Positions 1-12,379 of a stretch of DNA of 64,000 nt are shown piece by piece; position 1 is the stretch's first letter, and each line of letters starts with the position of its first letter. A program made the translations under genes and the position numbers. The notes beneath the pieces were generated by a model. It made no database searches. It had not been told where the DNA came from and saw only the letters and a program-made list of their open reading frames with translations. The stretch is from the NCBI RefSeq assembly GCF_030028105.1, contig NC_092380.1, positions 70,429,717 through 70,493,716 of the forward strand, in the 5' to 3' direction. The stretch comes from Mobula birostris. Lineage: Eukaryota.

Positions 1-514
1 AGTAAGAGGGTGAACAGGGTAGACATCAGGCCCTGTGAGAACCATCCCACTCCAGCTACCCGAAGGAGACTGCAAACTCCAGTAACCCAGGCCAGCTCAC
101 CCCTGGGGCATGAATCAGATTCTGAGGATTCAGAAAATGGTGTTATTGTGATACAAGATATGTCAGAACAGGGTGCACAGAGTCTTGACCCTTGCCTAGA
201 CAGCATAGCTTCCGAAAATATGACACCTTCTGGAACTGAGACCGGGGAGCCGAGGACAGCTAATGCAGGGGCAGAGGTCGGAAGCCCTCTTGTAGCAGCA
301 CCCCGCAGGAGTAAACAAGTAAATGCTGGACAGCACCCTAACCCACATCGTGAACCAAGGTCAGTCCTTGATGAGGTCTCCATAAGTCCGGCAGCAGTGT
401 CTGGGATACTGGCTAGTCTCAGTTCAGTTCTCTTTAGAGAAGCAGTTAAGGAGGTTAAAAGTACCCTTGTAGTGAGTGAGTAATCGAGGATGATTACTTG
501 AATGCAGGGGAGAA
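1..514 (+). mobile_element. 3' end of a Gypsy-type LTR retrotransposon internal region (post-integrase tail and polypurine tract)
   Basis: ORF 10-483 contains RRSKQVNAGQHPNPHREP, resembling the RRSxRxxAGxHxNPH tail of fish Gypsy pol. The purine tract GCAGGGGAGAA (504-514) abuts TGTAAC. Confidence 0.7.
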
Positions 515-1399
515 TGTAACCGGGTGACTGTCGGATCTTCTTCAGTATCGTTAAAAGTGTACTTAGGTATCCATCCGGGTAATGCTAGAATAGCTGTCTG
601 TGCCTTTAGTGGAGACAGTGATGTCATTACACCCGCGCAGGATAGTGGGGAGACCATTTTGTTTTCTGCTGAAGATGCAGGTGGGGCGTTGGAATTGAGT
701 TCCTCCCCGAGACTAGGCATGGTGAGGAAAGGTGAGCATTAATTGACAATATCCATGTGAATTCATTTATGCTTGTTGGCAAATCAAAAATATCAGTAAT
801 TTGACATGTTTTACATGTGGATGCTTTAGATTTTCACGAGTAAAGGCATCGACGCTGGATCGCGTGGATTATGCAAAGTTCCTCCCATCCAAGTAGGTCA
901 GTCTTCCTGTAATTTAACTACCAGGCAATACCTTGTAAAAGTTGAGCCAAAGTGAACCTATTCTCTAACTTTATTGTATCGGGACTGATTGTGCATGTAA
1001 CCGCGTAACGTGAATGTTTAGTCTCTGTTTGGAAGTTCAGCACGTGTGTACGTCGTAGATGAGATGTATTCGCTTACCTTTTTCACTGTTATGTATAAGA
1101 TGCAGGGTGGGTGGGATTCTAATGTTGTTTGTATTGTGTTCCTTCAGAATTGCCACTACCGTATTAGTACCGTATGAGTTCTGGTATTTTTTATACTGCA
1201 TACACAATTCTGTCCATACGCAATTCTGTCCATAAACTGAGATTGTAACGGCAAGAACTGGTTGTAAATTCATTCGTTTTGTTTTGCGACCCTCTTCTGG
1301 CACGTAAACATCTAAATTAGTGGACTAGACCGTCTTCAAGGAATCATCTTCAGATAATCTGAGGACCACTTTATTGGCACCTTCATTATGACCGTCACA
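515..1399 (+). mobile_element. 3' LTR of the Gypsy element
   Basis: Starts TGTAAC directly after the PPT and ends GTCACA at 1399 (TG...CA). Confidence 0.65.
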
Positions 1400-1486
1400 A
1401 TGAACAGAATTTCCCAGTGCCCACCCTTTTAATTGTTCTTGCCATTCCTGTTCCAACACGAAATTCTGCAAATGCTATAAATCTTC

Positions 1487-1695
1487 AGCACACACACAAA
1501 ATACTGGAGGAACTCAGCAAACCAGGGAGCATATATGGAGGTAAAAAAAAGTCAACATTTTGAGCCAAGACATATGCAGTGAAGAAAATGACATAAATTT
1601 GTCTTATGATGTGCAATTGATCTGAAATTAATGAAACATCAACAGTTACAGACGCTGCTTGACTTGCTGAGTTCCCCCGAATTTTGTGTGTATTA
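1487..1695. repeat. Penelope terminal-repeat-derived hairpin element
   Basis: Inverted arms cacacaaaatactggaggaactcagc / gctgagttcccccgaattttgtgtg. The same family recurs near 5450, 25435, 41345, 47270 and 58925. Confidence 0.7.
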
Positions 1696-1888
1696 CTCAT
1701 TTCATTTCTTTCCTGTGCAGTCATCCTTAAACAGAATTTACTGCCTTGACAATAAAGGAGCTTTTTTTCCTCAAGCTTGGGAATGTCAAAGCTGTGTTTA
1801 ACCCATTTATATAATTTTGTGTGTTCAGAGTGCAACATGAAAAATGGACATTTTGCCTTTAATATAATCAGACATGTCAATCACTTAC

Positions 1889-1981
1889 CTATTGGAATTT
1901 GGGGATCCTGACTGGTTAAGAGCAGTTGGCAGGTTTGATCTCTGCTTTCCATTGGGTCACACTGACTGGTATCTACAGATG
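1889..1981 (-). CDS. Candidate internal cytoplasmic exon of the B7-H6-like gene (ASVDTSQCDPMESRDQTCQLLLTSQDPQIPI)
   Basis: Acceptor atctttttaaactag| and donor AG|gtaagtg; 93 nt, phase 1 to phase 1; open in the frame compatible with the TM exon. Confidence 0.55.
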
Positions 1982-2830
1982 CTAGTTTAAAAGATATTTA
2001 ATTTTATATATGAATCTAAGCTTTCTACACAATATATATAACGTATGAACACTTAATTCAGAGTGCAGGTTTTGAATTTTCACACCTTTCCACATTAAGC
2101 TATTCTGTATTTGTTGCAAATAACTACAAAATGTTCAAAGTAAATTTACTGTAAAAGTTCATACTGTATATGTCATCATATACTACCTGGAGAATTGTTT
2201 TCTTGCATACATTCAGAGTAGAGTGAAGAAAAACAGCAGCTATACACAATCAAAAACTGACAAACAACCAAAGTGCAAAAAAAAGATGCGCTGTGTAAAT
2301 AAAAAAAATAAGTAAACAAACAATACGGAGATCATGAGTAACATAGTCCTTGGAAGTGTCCATTGGGTGTGGAATCAGCTCAGAGTTGGCATGAGTGAGA
2401 TTATCTACCCTGGTTCACGAGGATATTTAAATTTTAAATATTTTAATATTTTAAGTCTTTCCACATCTTGCTTTGATAATTACTTGTAATGTATATTCAC
2501 ATAGAGAATTTTATTTCTTGATATAGAGCCAAGTTAATACTAAATGCTCTCTTTTAGTATATCAAGTGCTGTCCATATCTGAACTTAAAAGTTCTTTGTT
2601 TTAACACCAAACTATAATTTCTGTCCAGAAATTATATTTCCTGCATTTTTGTTACACTTGTACGTTCTGCATTTATGCAATTAGCGGAAATGCTAAAAAT
2701 CGGAGTTCTGGTGAAATTTATTTCTAAAAAACATTTAGATTAGTTTTTGCACATTTTGGTTCAAAAGAAGATTTATGTAAATATCCAATGATGGCTGCCT
2801 GCAAACGCTGCAGGTGCCAGGTCATTGCCA

Positions 2831-2880
2831 CTAGGGATCATGGGAAACGTGACTCGGCTTCAAAGTAGACTCTTCAATCG
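2831..2880 (-). CDS. Candidate alternative terminal exon C (AIEESTLKPSHVSHDP*)
   Basis: Acceptor ttcactgcag|CG ATT, phase 1. Paralogous to 5054-5101, with homology starting at the acceptor and continuing into the putative 3'UTR (to about 2690). Confidence 0.45.
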
Positions 2881-2977
2881 CTGCAGTGAATCAGAGTGAA
2901 GGAAACATCTTCAGCATCAGCAATGGGAAATGAGGCAGGCCTGATCAGAGAGTAACTGCTGTGTACATACATCTATT

Positions 2978-3825
2978 GATGCTTCTGGACACATCTTCAG
3001 TGATGTTCCTGGAATCATCGGGTGTTTCGGGTCTTTCAACATCACACAACCTCCTCCAGGTGACCCAGCCAGGGCTGATCAGACCCCAGCTTTTGTCTAG
3101 ATAGCTAGCTACTTATGACTCCATGGCTCCCCTCTTTTGAGCCACAGCCATCTTGAGGCCCTCTCTGCCGCATCGGTGGTACTGCGGATGGCTCTCCTCT
3201 TCCTCTCTCCCTCGATGCCCAAAATGCTGAAGGCTCTAACTAAAGAACGGGCTACGAATCTCCTACAACCAACCTCCACTGGGAGACACCTCGCTCTCCA
3301 TCCAGCCTGCTGACAGTTGCTGACCAGTCCTGCGTACTTGGAGAGCTTCCTTTCAAAGGCCTCCTCCAAGCTATCTTCCCATGGGACTGTCAGCTCCAGC
3401 AGCACCACTTACTTAGTAGACTCAGACACTAGGACAATGTCTGGTCGCAGGGTGGTGGCTGCTATATGGGTGGGGAACTTCAGCTGCCCTTTGAGGTCCA
3501 CCAACAGCTACCAGTCCCTTGCAAAGGTCAGAATGCCTGCAGATGTTCTTTTGGCAGGTATTGGCTGCTCCCCAGCTCTGACAAAGGCAATGGTCTGCTT
3601 GGAGGGTTGGGACCGCTTCGCCCGCTCAACTCCTGCGCTAACGGCTTCAGTGATGGTCTTCAGGACCTGATCATGCCTCCACCTGTACCGTCCCTCACCA
3701 AGTGCCCTTGCACAGCCGCTGAGGATGTGCTCCAGGGTTCCTCGCTTGGAGCACAGTGGGCACGCAGATGACTCTGCCTTGCCCCATGTGTGCAGGTTTG
3801 ATGGGCTTGGAAGCACATAATATTC
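2978..3825 (-). mobile_element. R2-Hero clade non-LTR retrotransposon, 3' fragment (REL endonuclease)
   Basis: Zinc finger CPLCSKRGTLEHILSGC and the motifs RPD...ELTVPWEDSLEEAFERKLSKY and RASRWLWLKR. Confidence 0.8.
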
Positions 3826-4496
3826 TTTCCCTGTTAGGACGTATCATGCTATGTGTGGTTTACACTTGAGTGCAGGGCTTGCTGTTTGTTTTACTGTAAA
3901 TGAAAAAAGTAAGTTATATAGTACAGAATTGCCACATTTATCAATTAAAAATGAGCTGTCAACACCATAGTGATGTCAAATTGTGTTGAATTACACACAA
4001 AAAATGGCAATTGAGCTGAAGTTATTTGCATATTGAAGTATTTGATCCCATTTCATGACTAGTGAGACATCTCCATGAAATTTGAACAACTTAAAGGATA
4101 TTGACACACTATTTTTGTGCATTTCACACATAAAGCACACTGAAGGTTTTCAATTAGATATTAAATGGTATTTTATTAGATCTAAAATAATACTTGATAA
4201 CTCTTCAGTGGAAATGTTTTCACCACCCAAGTGCAGTGAACAGGAAGCAAGTGCTGATTATTGTATTTGAATAGTAAGATGTTAAATGTTTTCATGACCA
4301 TTAATGATTGCTTTCGAACATCATGTTAACACTATTTAATTTGTACTAAATATACACAATATTAGCTAAATGTACAATGACTTTGTTTTAAAAAAATAGA
4401 ACCCAACACAACAATTTGATTTTTGAAACCTAAATAGAAAATTGTGAAATAGTGGTGTGCTAGTTATATTTACTATCTATATTAATAATTTCATTC

Positions 4497-4870
4497 GGGC
4501 TCGTCAGCTGTGGTTGGTAACTCATCTAGGAGAAGGAAAGCTCTGATCTCAATCCTCTGCTGTCTTGCAGCTACAGTATATCTGCTCACAGGAATGCTTT
4601 GGGAGTAAACCCCATGGGAAAAATCTGCAGCTGGAGTCCCTAAGGCAGTCCTGTATTGAGTTCAATGCTGACTGGCAACTCCTGCGATGCTGCTGCTGGT
4701 GCCAAACTGTATCAGTCTCTGCAGTTCCTTCAGTTTCATCAGATGTGTGGAGAGGGTGAGCTTGCTACATGGACAACAGCTTTCTCTCCGTATTGTACTG
4801 CCCGGGCTTGCACATCAAGACAACTAGCATGTAACATCCATGGTCAACCCTGACCAACAGAGACCTCATC
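4497..4870 (+). mobile_element. Unclassified retroposon fragment, probably RTE-related, inserted in module B
   Basis: Interrupts the otherwise continuous homology with 11640-11690 and ends in tcatcatc. Confidence 0.45.
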
Positions 4871-5053
4871 ATCAATGGAGGGAACATAGTATGAGTTACT
4901 TAAGTTCATCTAAAAGTCAGAGTACTGGTGAACTTTATCTCTTTAGAAAATATTAGGTTGTTTTTTTCACGTTTCGGTTCAAAAGGAGATCGATGTATAT
5001 ACTGTATCCAACGATGGCTGCCTGCAGACGCTGCAGCCGCCAGATCCTTGCCA

Positions 5054-5101
5054 CTAGGGATCATGGGAAGTGTGACCCAGCTCTAAAGTATTTTCTTCAA
5101 T
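5054..5101 (-). CDS. Candidate alternative terminal exon B (IEENTLELGHTSHDP* in phase 0; D* if spliced in phase 1)
   Basis: Acceptor tctcttgtgtcag|ATT. Paralog of exon C with the same stop position (CATGATCCCTAG). Confidence 0.4.
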   Translation of the reverse strand: MEENTLELGHTSHDP

Positions 5102-5619
5102 CTGACACAAGAGATTATGTCTGCTGGTTCATCTATAAATTCAGGTGAATTACAGAATTTTATCCAGTTTTAAATATAGACCAAAACATAATTTAACTGG
5201 GAATGTTGGTGTCTATTTTTGTGCCTGAATTACAAGTAATAATAATGTAATGACTTACTAGTCAGTACCAGTATAGACAATTGAATTGGTTGCCATCATG
5301 TTAGACTTACAGTGGGTGGATGAAATTGCCCATACAAGGTTGTATTTTGTTTCAATTCCTTTTCAGTTTTGATGAGTCTTTTAAGAAATCATTCTAGTGG
5401 TAGGTCAGATGTATTGTTGGAGGCTCAAACATTATTTTAGATACAATGTCACAAAGTAGAGAAAATCTGCAGATGCTGGGAATCCAAGCAACACACACAA
5501 AATGCTGGAGGAACTCAGCAGGCCAGGCAGCATCTATGGAAAAGAGTACAGTCGATATTTCAGGTAGAGACCCTTCGGCAGGGTCTGCCAAAGTCCTGCA
5601 ACTCTCTGCTACAACTTTC

Positions 5620-7890
5620 TGGCTTCTCAATGTCACATTACATTTACTACCTCATCCTGAATGCTGAGTGACTGAACCTTCTTGACCAGCCTCCCATGAG
5701 GGACTTTGTCAAATGCCTTATTGAAGTCCATGGAGACAACATCCACTGCCTTACCTTCATACATTTTCCTGATAACTTGCTCGAAATACTCTACAAGATT
5801 GGTTAGACATGACCTACCACGTACAAAGCTCTGCTGACTGTCCTTTATTAGTCCATGACTATCCAAATACTTATATGTCCAGACCCTAAGAATACGTTTT
5901 GCTAATTTTCCCACAACTAATGTCAGACTCACCGGTCTATAATTTCCTGTTTTCTGTTTAGAGCCTTTTTAAATAGTGAAACAATATTGGCTATTCTCCA
6001 ATCCTCTGATACCTCTCCTGTCACTAAGGATGCTTTCAATATTTCTGCTGGGGCTCCAGCAATTTCTGTACTTGCCTCCCTTATCTTCCAAGGGAACACC
6101 TTCAGTGTTGGGGATTTGTCCACCCTGATTTACCTCATGACAACATGCACCTTCTCCTCCGTAATCTGTACAGGGTCCATGAAGTTGAAGCTGCTTTGCC
6201 TCACATCTATAGACTTTGTATCCATCTCCAAAGTAAAAATAGATGCAAAGAATGCATTTAAGATCTCCCCCATCTGCTTTGGCTCCACACTTGGATTACT
6301 ATTCTAGTCTTCCAGAGGACCAATTTTGTCCCTCGCAATCCTTTTGTTCTTAACATATCTGTAGAATCCCTTAGGATTCTCTGTCACCTTGTCTGCTAGA
6401 GCAACTTCATGCCTTCTTTTAGCCTTCCCGATTTCTTTCTTAAGTGTTTTCTTGCATTTCTTGTACTCCCTTAAGCACCTCATTTGTTCCTACTTGCCTA
6501 TACCTGCTATGCATCTTTTTCTCTTAACCAATATCTCTTGAAAACCAAGGTTCTCTACGCTTGCTATATTTTACCTTTTATTCTGACTGCCATGTACAAG
6601 CTTTGCACTCTCAAAATTTTGCTTTTGAAGGCCTGCCACTTTCCAAATACACCTTTGCCAGAAAACAGCCTGTCCCAATCCACACTTGCTGGATGATTTC
6701 TAATATCATCAAGATTGGCCTTTCTCCAATTTAGAATCTCAACCTGCAGACCAGCCCTGTCTCTTTGCACATTTCCTTTGAAAATAATGGCATTGTAGTC
6801 ACTGGATGCAAACCCTACACAAACCTCTGTGACCTGACTTGTCTGATTCCCTAATAGCAGATCCAGTATTGTATGCTCTGTCATTCGGACTTCTACATAC
6901 TGATGAAGAAAACTTCCCAGAACACGTTTGACAAATTATCCCATCCAGTCCTTTTACGGTAAGGGTTTCCCAATCAATATGTGGAAAGTTAAAGTCACCT
7001 ACTATAACAACTTTATGTTTCTTGTAACAGTCTGCAATCTCTTTACACATTTGGTCCACTAAATCCCGAGCACTGCTGGGTTGTCTGTAATATAGCCCCA
7101 CTAACCTGATTATAGCTTTATTTCTCAGTTCCGCTCATAAAACCTCACTAGTCGAGTACTCCAGTCTGTCCTGACGGAGCACTGCTGAGACATCTTCCCT
7201 GACTAATAATTTCACCACTTCTCCTTTAATCCCACCCCCCACTCTGTCACATCTAAAACAATACTACCCCAGAATACTGAGTTGCCAATCCTGCCCCTCC
7301 TGCAACCAGGTTTCACTAATGACTGCAATGTCGTAATTCCAGGTGATGATCCATGCTCTGGGCTCCTGTGATATTTCTTGTGTTGAAATATGTGCTCAGG
7401 ACACTAGTGGCAGCACGCTCAAACTTTTGATTGCTGACTTTGTCTGAGGTCTTACGAACATCTGCCTCCAGAACCTCTCCACTAACTGTTCTGGTACTCT
7501 GATTTCCATTGCCCTGCATTTCTAGTTTAAACCCCACCACGCAGCATGAGCAAACTTTCCCACTAGGATATTAGTCTCCCTCCTGTTCAAATGCAAACCA
7601 TTCCTTCTGTACAGGTCGCACCTTCCCCTGGAAGTAGCCAATGATCCAAAGATCTTATGTCCATCCTCTACACCTACTCCATAGCACATATTAAGTTATA
7701 TAATATTCCTAATTCCAGTCTCAGAAGTGCATGGCATGGGTAGAAATCCTGAGATCACAGTCCTGGAGATTCTGCCCTTTAGCTTAGCTCCTAACTCCCT
7801 GAACTCCCTATGCAGAACCTCATCACTCATCCTACCCATGTCATTAGTACCTACAGGGACCATGACCTCTGACTGTTCACCCTCCTTATT
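5620..7890 (-). mobile_element. Decayed CR1 LINE (ORF1 remnant, endonuclease and 5' part of RT)
   Basis: Fragments VVIVGDFNFPHIDW, ILDLLLGN, GRSCLTNL and MDFNKAFDKVPHGRL. Confidence 0.85.
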
Positions 7891-7969
7891 TCTCTATGAG
7901 AAATCAACTGTTTCAAGATTTTGCATTTCCATGGGAAGTTTTAAAGAAGAGGAGTACAGCCTGGGATTT

Positions 7970-8458
7970 TGTCAGGGCACTGGAGCAGGGATCTAATCAT
8001 AGACCCAGTACTGTACAAACAGTGATATTAACTGTGTAACAAATCCCAAGGTGCAAACAAAGTCAGCATCAAAGTTCAGGCAGAGATCAAAAGACACAGA
8101 GAAATCCAAAAAATGCAGAATAGGGAAACAGGCAGAATTGATATTCAGACAGACAGAGTATAGATACGAATGCTGGAAAGGCTCAGGAAAATTAACTAGC
8201 ACTATCTGGCAACAAACAACTGAAACCACAGGACTGAATTACACGGAGCAATAAACAGAGAGGCAGATGATAGGTGGAGCACAATGAGGCACAGGTGGCA
8301 GTAATACAGGTAATAATGAGAAACAGACGGAGTACTCAGTAATACAGGGGCCAGAGTAGAGCAGGAGTGGCGACAGGAACACATGGCAATACAAAACCAC
8401 AGACTGACAGCTAGGGGGAAACACACAAAAAGACAGAGTTCAACTGGAGGTACTGACA
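7970..8458. mobile_element. Solo LTR with 5-bp TSD
   Basis: TGTCAG...CTGACA termini flanked by GATTT (7965-7969 and 8459-8463). Confidence 0.8.
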
Positions 8459-9394
8459 GATTTATGCTTTGCATTTAATCAGTTACTCTGTTTCTTGATT
8501 CCATTTAGTCAGTTACTTCCTTTCTTCTTTTCTAAATCTGTTGCATGTTTACTGTGTCTTAATATGTTACTTTGTTACTTGTTTCCCCATATTATTGGTT
8601 TAGGGTGACCCATTTCATACTGGCCGTATGAAATTTGAGTTGAGATTTAGTAGAAATTTGGGCAACTTTATTCTGGATATCGGATGGCCACATTTCAGAG
8701 AAAATTTAGCACTTGGGGACCAATTCTTGTAGTACTATTGTATTTTCTAAATATACAGTGGCGAATCAGGAGCAGTGCATTTGTATCTCCCTGCATTACA
8801 GAATAGCAAAGTGTTGGATGGTGATTTGTGGTGGGAGATCGTGTGGTACATTTCTGGGGATGGTGTTCGAATTTGCACACTGGATTAACAGTCAGATTGC
8901 TAAATTTGTATGAAGACTCCTTACATCATCAAGGAAGGGGAGCCACTGACATTGATCCTTTTGACAAGGAAAAGACTGTGAGGGTATTATCTGGCTTCTC
9001 GGGTTTTTGTACTCTGTTTTGGGGGAGCTGGCAGGGAGCAGTCTTCCAGCCAAACCCTGACCCAGAGTATGGTAACAGCCTTAAAGAGACTTGAGCCTCA
9101 ATAGCCTTGGTGGAGTGAATGTTTTAGGGGCTGGTCTATACCTGTGTACCATTTGTATAATTAGAATGTCCTGACTCTTAGTGATTTCCCCAGCTGACAG
9201 TTGGTGTAGCTGGTATGTTGAGTACAGGAACAAGGTGCAAGGTGGATGGCAAGTGTGAGAAGGAACAGTGTCCTTGGACAGCTGTGTCTATGCCAAATGG
9301 TGTTGTGAAGCTGGGCACTGGTTGGATGCTGAATGGTACTTCCTGGATATGCAGTCCCAAGCCTACCTGTGGTTCCCATAGGGTGGTGTGATTA

Positions 9395-10480
9395 GACAAT
9401 AGACAATAGGCAATAGGTGCAGAAGTAGACTATTCGGCCCTTCGAGCCTGCACCGCCATTCTGAGATCATGGTTGATCATCTACTATCAATACCCAGTTC
9501 CTGCTTTGTCCCCATAACCCTTGATTCCCCTATCCATAAAATACCCATCTAGCTCCTTCTTGAAAGCATCCAGAGAATTGGCCTCCACTGCCTTCTGAGG
9601 CAGCACGTTCCACACCTCCACAACTCTCTGGGAGAAGAAGTTCCTCCTCAACTCTGTCCTAAATGACCTACCCCTTATTCTTAAACCATGCCCTCTGGTA
9701 CTGGACTCTCCCAGCATCTGAAACATATTTCCTGCCTCTATCTTGTCCAATCCCTTAATAATCTTATATGTCTCAATCGGATCCTCCCTCAATCTCCTTA
9801 ATTCCAGCATGTACAAGCCCAGTCTCTCTAACCTCTCTGTGTAAGACAGTCTGGACATCCCAGGAATTAAGCTAGTGAACCTACGCTGCACCTCCTCCAC
9901 AGCCAGGATGCCCTTCCTTAACCCTGGAAACCAAAACTGCACACAATACTCCAGGTGTGGTCTCACCAGGGCCCTATACAAATGCAAAAGGATTTCTTTG
10001 CTCTTGTACTCAATTCCCTTTGTAATAAAGGCCAACATTCCATTAGCCTTCTTCACTGCCTGCTGCACTTGCTCATTCACCTTCAGAGACTGATGAACAA
10101 GTACTCCTAGATCTCTTAGTATTTCTCCCTTACCTAACTCCACACCGTTCAGATAATAATCTGCCTTCCTGTTCTGGTCCCAAAGGAATAACCTCACACT
10201 TATTCACATTAAACGCCATCTGTCAAGTTTCTGCCCAGTCACCCAGCCTATCCAAATCACCTTGAATTCTCCTAACATCCTCATCACATGACACTGCAAC
10301 CCAGCTTAGTATCATCAGCAAACTTGCTGAAGTTATTCACAATGCCTTCCTCTAAACCATTGACGTAAATCGTAAACAGCTGTGGTCCCAATATAGAGCC
10401 CTGTGGTACCCCACTAGTCACCACCTGCCATTCCGAGAAACACCCATTCACTGCTACCCTTTGCTTTCTATCTGCCAACC
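9395..10480 (-). mobile_element. CR1 LINE 3' fragment
   Basis: GVPQGSILGP, KFADDTKL and LVRPHLEYCVQFW; 3' tail cctattgcctattgtctattgtc. Confidence 0.9.
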
Positions 10481-11099
10481 ATTGATATGTGGTGCCATTT
10501 GTATGCCACCCCAGTTACCTGGATGAGCACCTTGCCCATGCTGGTCAGTAAGAAAGCTATGACGAAGGAAGGATATTTTGAATGATAGTCTTTCTCAGCA
10601 TAGCATGACCAGACTGTCCCAGGAACTGATTTTGATGGATTACCTGTTCACAAGGGAAGGTGGCACCTGTCCTGTTGTTGGTTAAGAAAGCAGCACCTAC
10701 ATTCCTGATGGGTTGGTGAACATCACTCACCTGGTAGATCATACCTCAGAGTCCATGGATAAAAGTAAATGGGGTCCAGCTTATTGGCTATTACACTCCA
10801 GGGTGGGGCTGGTGAACTTTTGGGGCACAGGGGGGCTGATGGACTCCTATAGCACACTGGAAGTGACTACTGGGTTTACAGTTCTGAGTATTGTGCCTTT
10901 GTGGTTTATATATAAGTTAGGAGTCCGTGAGAGTCATACTAGTCTGAGGGTTGGATCATCACATTTGGAACTTTCGAAGGATGCTGTGTCCTGTGGGGGT
11001 GAGCCTTATTCTGATTGTCGAAAGTCGATTCCATTGTGATTGGTTAGTTTAGAAGCTGCAGCAGCTTCTCCCAATGGATAACTGTCTGGTGTCCAGTTT

Positions 11100-11690
11100 G
11101 AAATATCCTGGATGTATAAAATAGCACATTGAAGGGGTGAATATTGTGTAGTCTCACACACAGAAGATGATAATTCAGCTGAGGTTATTTGCATATTGAA
11201 CTGTTTGATCCCATTTGCTGAGTGGTGAGATATTCCCTTGAAATAGGTGTAAACAACTTAAAGGATATCCAAAAACATTTTATGTGCATTTCATACATAA
11301 AACAGACTAAAGGCTTGCAATTAGATTATAATCGGTATTTTATTAGATCTAAAATAATATTTGATAACTGTTTAGTGGGAAGGTTTTCTCCACCCAAGTG
11401 TAGTAAACAGGAAGCAAGTATTGAAAATTGTATTTGCATAGTAAAATATTGAATGTTTTCATCACCATTATTGATTACTTTCCAACATTATGTTGACTTT
11501 ATTTAATTTGTATTAAGTTACGCAATATTAGCTGAATGTACTGTGTCTTGTTTTAAAAAAATAGAACCAGACAAAATAAATGTTCATCCAAAGCTTAACA
11601 GAGAAATGTGAAATAGTGGGGTGTTATTTATATCTACCATCTGATAATTTAATGAAGGGAACACTGAGTTATTCAAGTTTGTCTTTAATA
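11100..11690 (-). repeat. Duplicated 3'-end module A (3'UTR-like segment, paralog of 3960-4900)
   Basis: Shared blocks gttatttgcatattg, aacaacttaaaggata, ggtattttattagatctaaaataa and caggaagcaagt. Minus-strand AATAAA at 11339-11344. Confidence 0.75.
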
Positions 11691-11704
11691 TGAAGGTAGA
11701 CTTA

Positions 11705-12375
11705 TGAAGGTAGATATGTTGTGTTGAGAAACACAGTGTGGCCTCCTCTATATCAATGATAGCTGATGTAGATTGGAGGTTTGTTCTGACTGCCACAACA
11801 GGCTGGTTTTCCTGGCGGCCTACTCCCCATTCCCATTTCAACATGTTGATTAATGGCCTCCTCTACTGCCTCAATGAGGCCAGTCTAAGCTTGGAGGAGC
11901 AACACCTCATATTCCATCCGAGGGGTCTCCAGCCTGAGAACATGAACTTGAATTCCCTGACTTCCACTAATTTCTCCTCGTCTCCTTCTCTTTGCTTGCA
12001 TTCCCCAATCTGACTCCTCACTTATCCCATTTCTTCTCCTCACCTCCCTCTGGTGCCCGTCCTCCTCCTTCTCCCGTGATCCATTATCCTTCTTTCCTTC
12101 TTTACCTTTTCCACGTATCATCTCCCAGATTCACACTTCACTGATCCACTAAACTTCCCCCCTCACCTGGCATCTTTTATTTATCACCTGCTAGCTTCTA
12201 TTCCTTCTCTTCCCCACTTATTCTAGCTTCTATCCCCTCTCTTTCCAGTCCTGATAAGTCATTCTTGTTCCAAACATCAGCTGTTTATTCTTCTGCATGG
12301 TTGCTGTGTGGCCTGCTGAGTTCCTTCAGCATTTTGTGTGTGTTACTCTGGATTTTCAGCATCTCCAGAATCTCT
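11705..12375 (+). mobile_element. Penelope-like element 3' fragment (GIY-YIG end plus terminal repeat)
   Basis: Translates to LEEQHLIFH...LQPENMN; degenerate terminal repeat ending gctgagttccttcagcattttgtgtg. Confidence 0.75.
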
Positions 12376-12379
12376 TGTA

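Larger units (their letters stand above)
3960..5101 (-). repeat. Duplicated 3'-end module B (terminal exon plus AT-rich 3'UTR-like segment with AATAAA)
   Basis: 3960-4900 aligns by eye with 11100-11690 once the 4497-4870 insertion is removed; 4905-5101 aligns with 2690-2880. Minus-strand AATAAA at 4172-4177. Confidence 0.75.

Noticed and set aside
3844-3893. Acceptor followed by VKQTASPALKCKPHIA*
   Set aside because: Single unsupported AG next to a Hero insertion; no paralogy or poly(A) evidence.
5311-5393. 83-nt phase 1-to-0 linker exon that would put exon B in frame
   Set aside because: It has a good donor (gtaagt) but an immediate in-frame TGA in the required phase.
8600-11100. Possible old LTR-element internal region around the CR1 insertion
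   Set aside because: No interpretable protein motif or termini could be established by eye.
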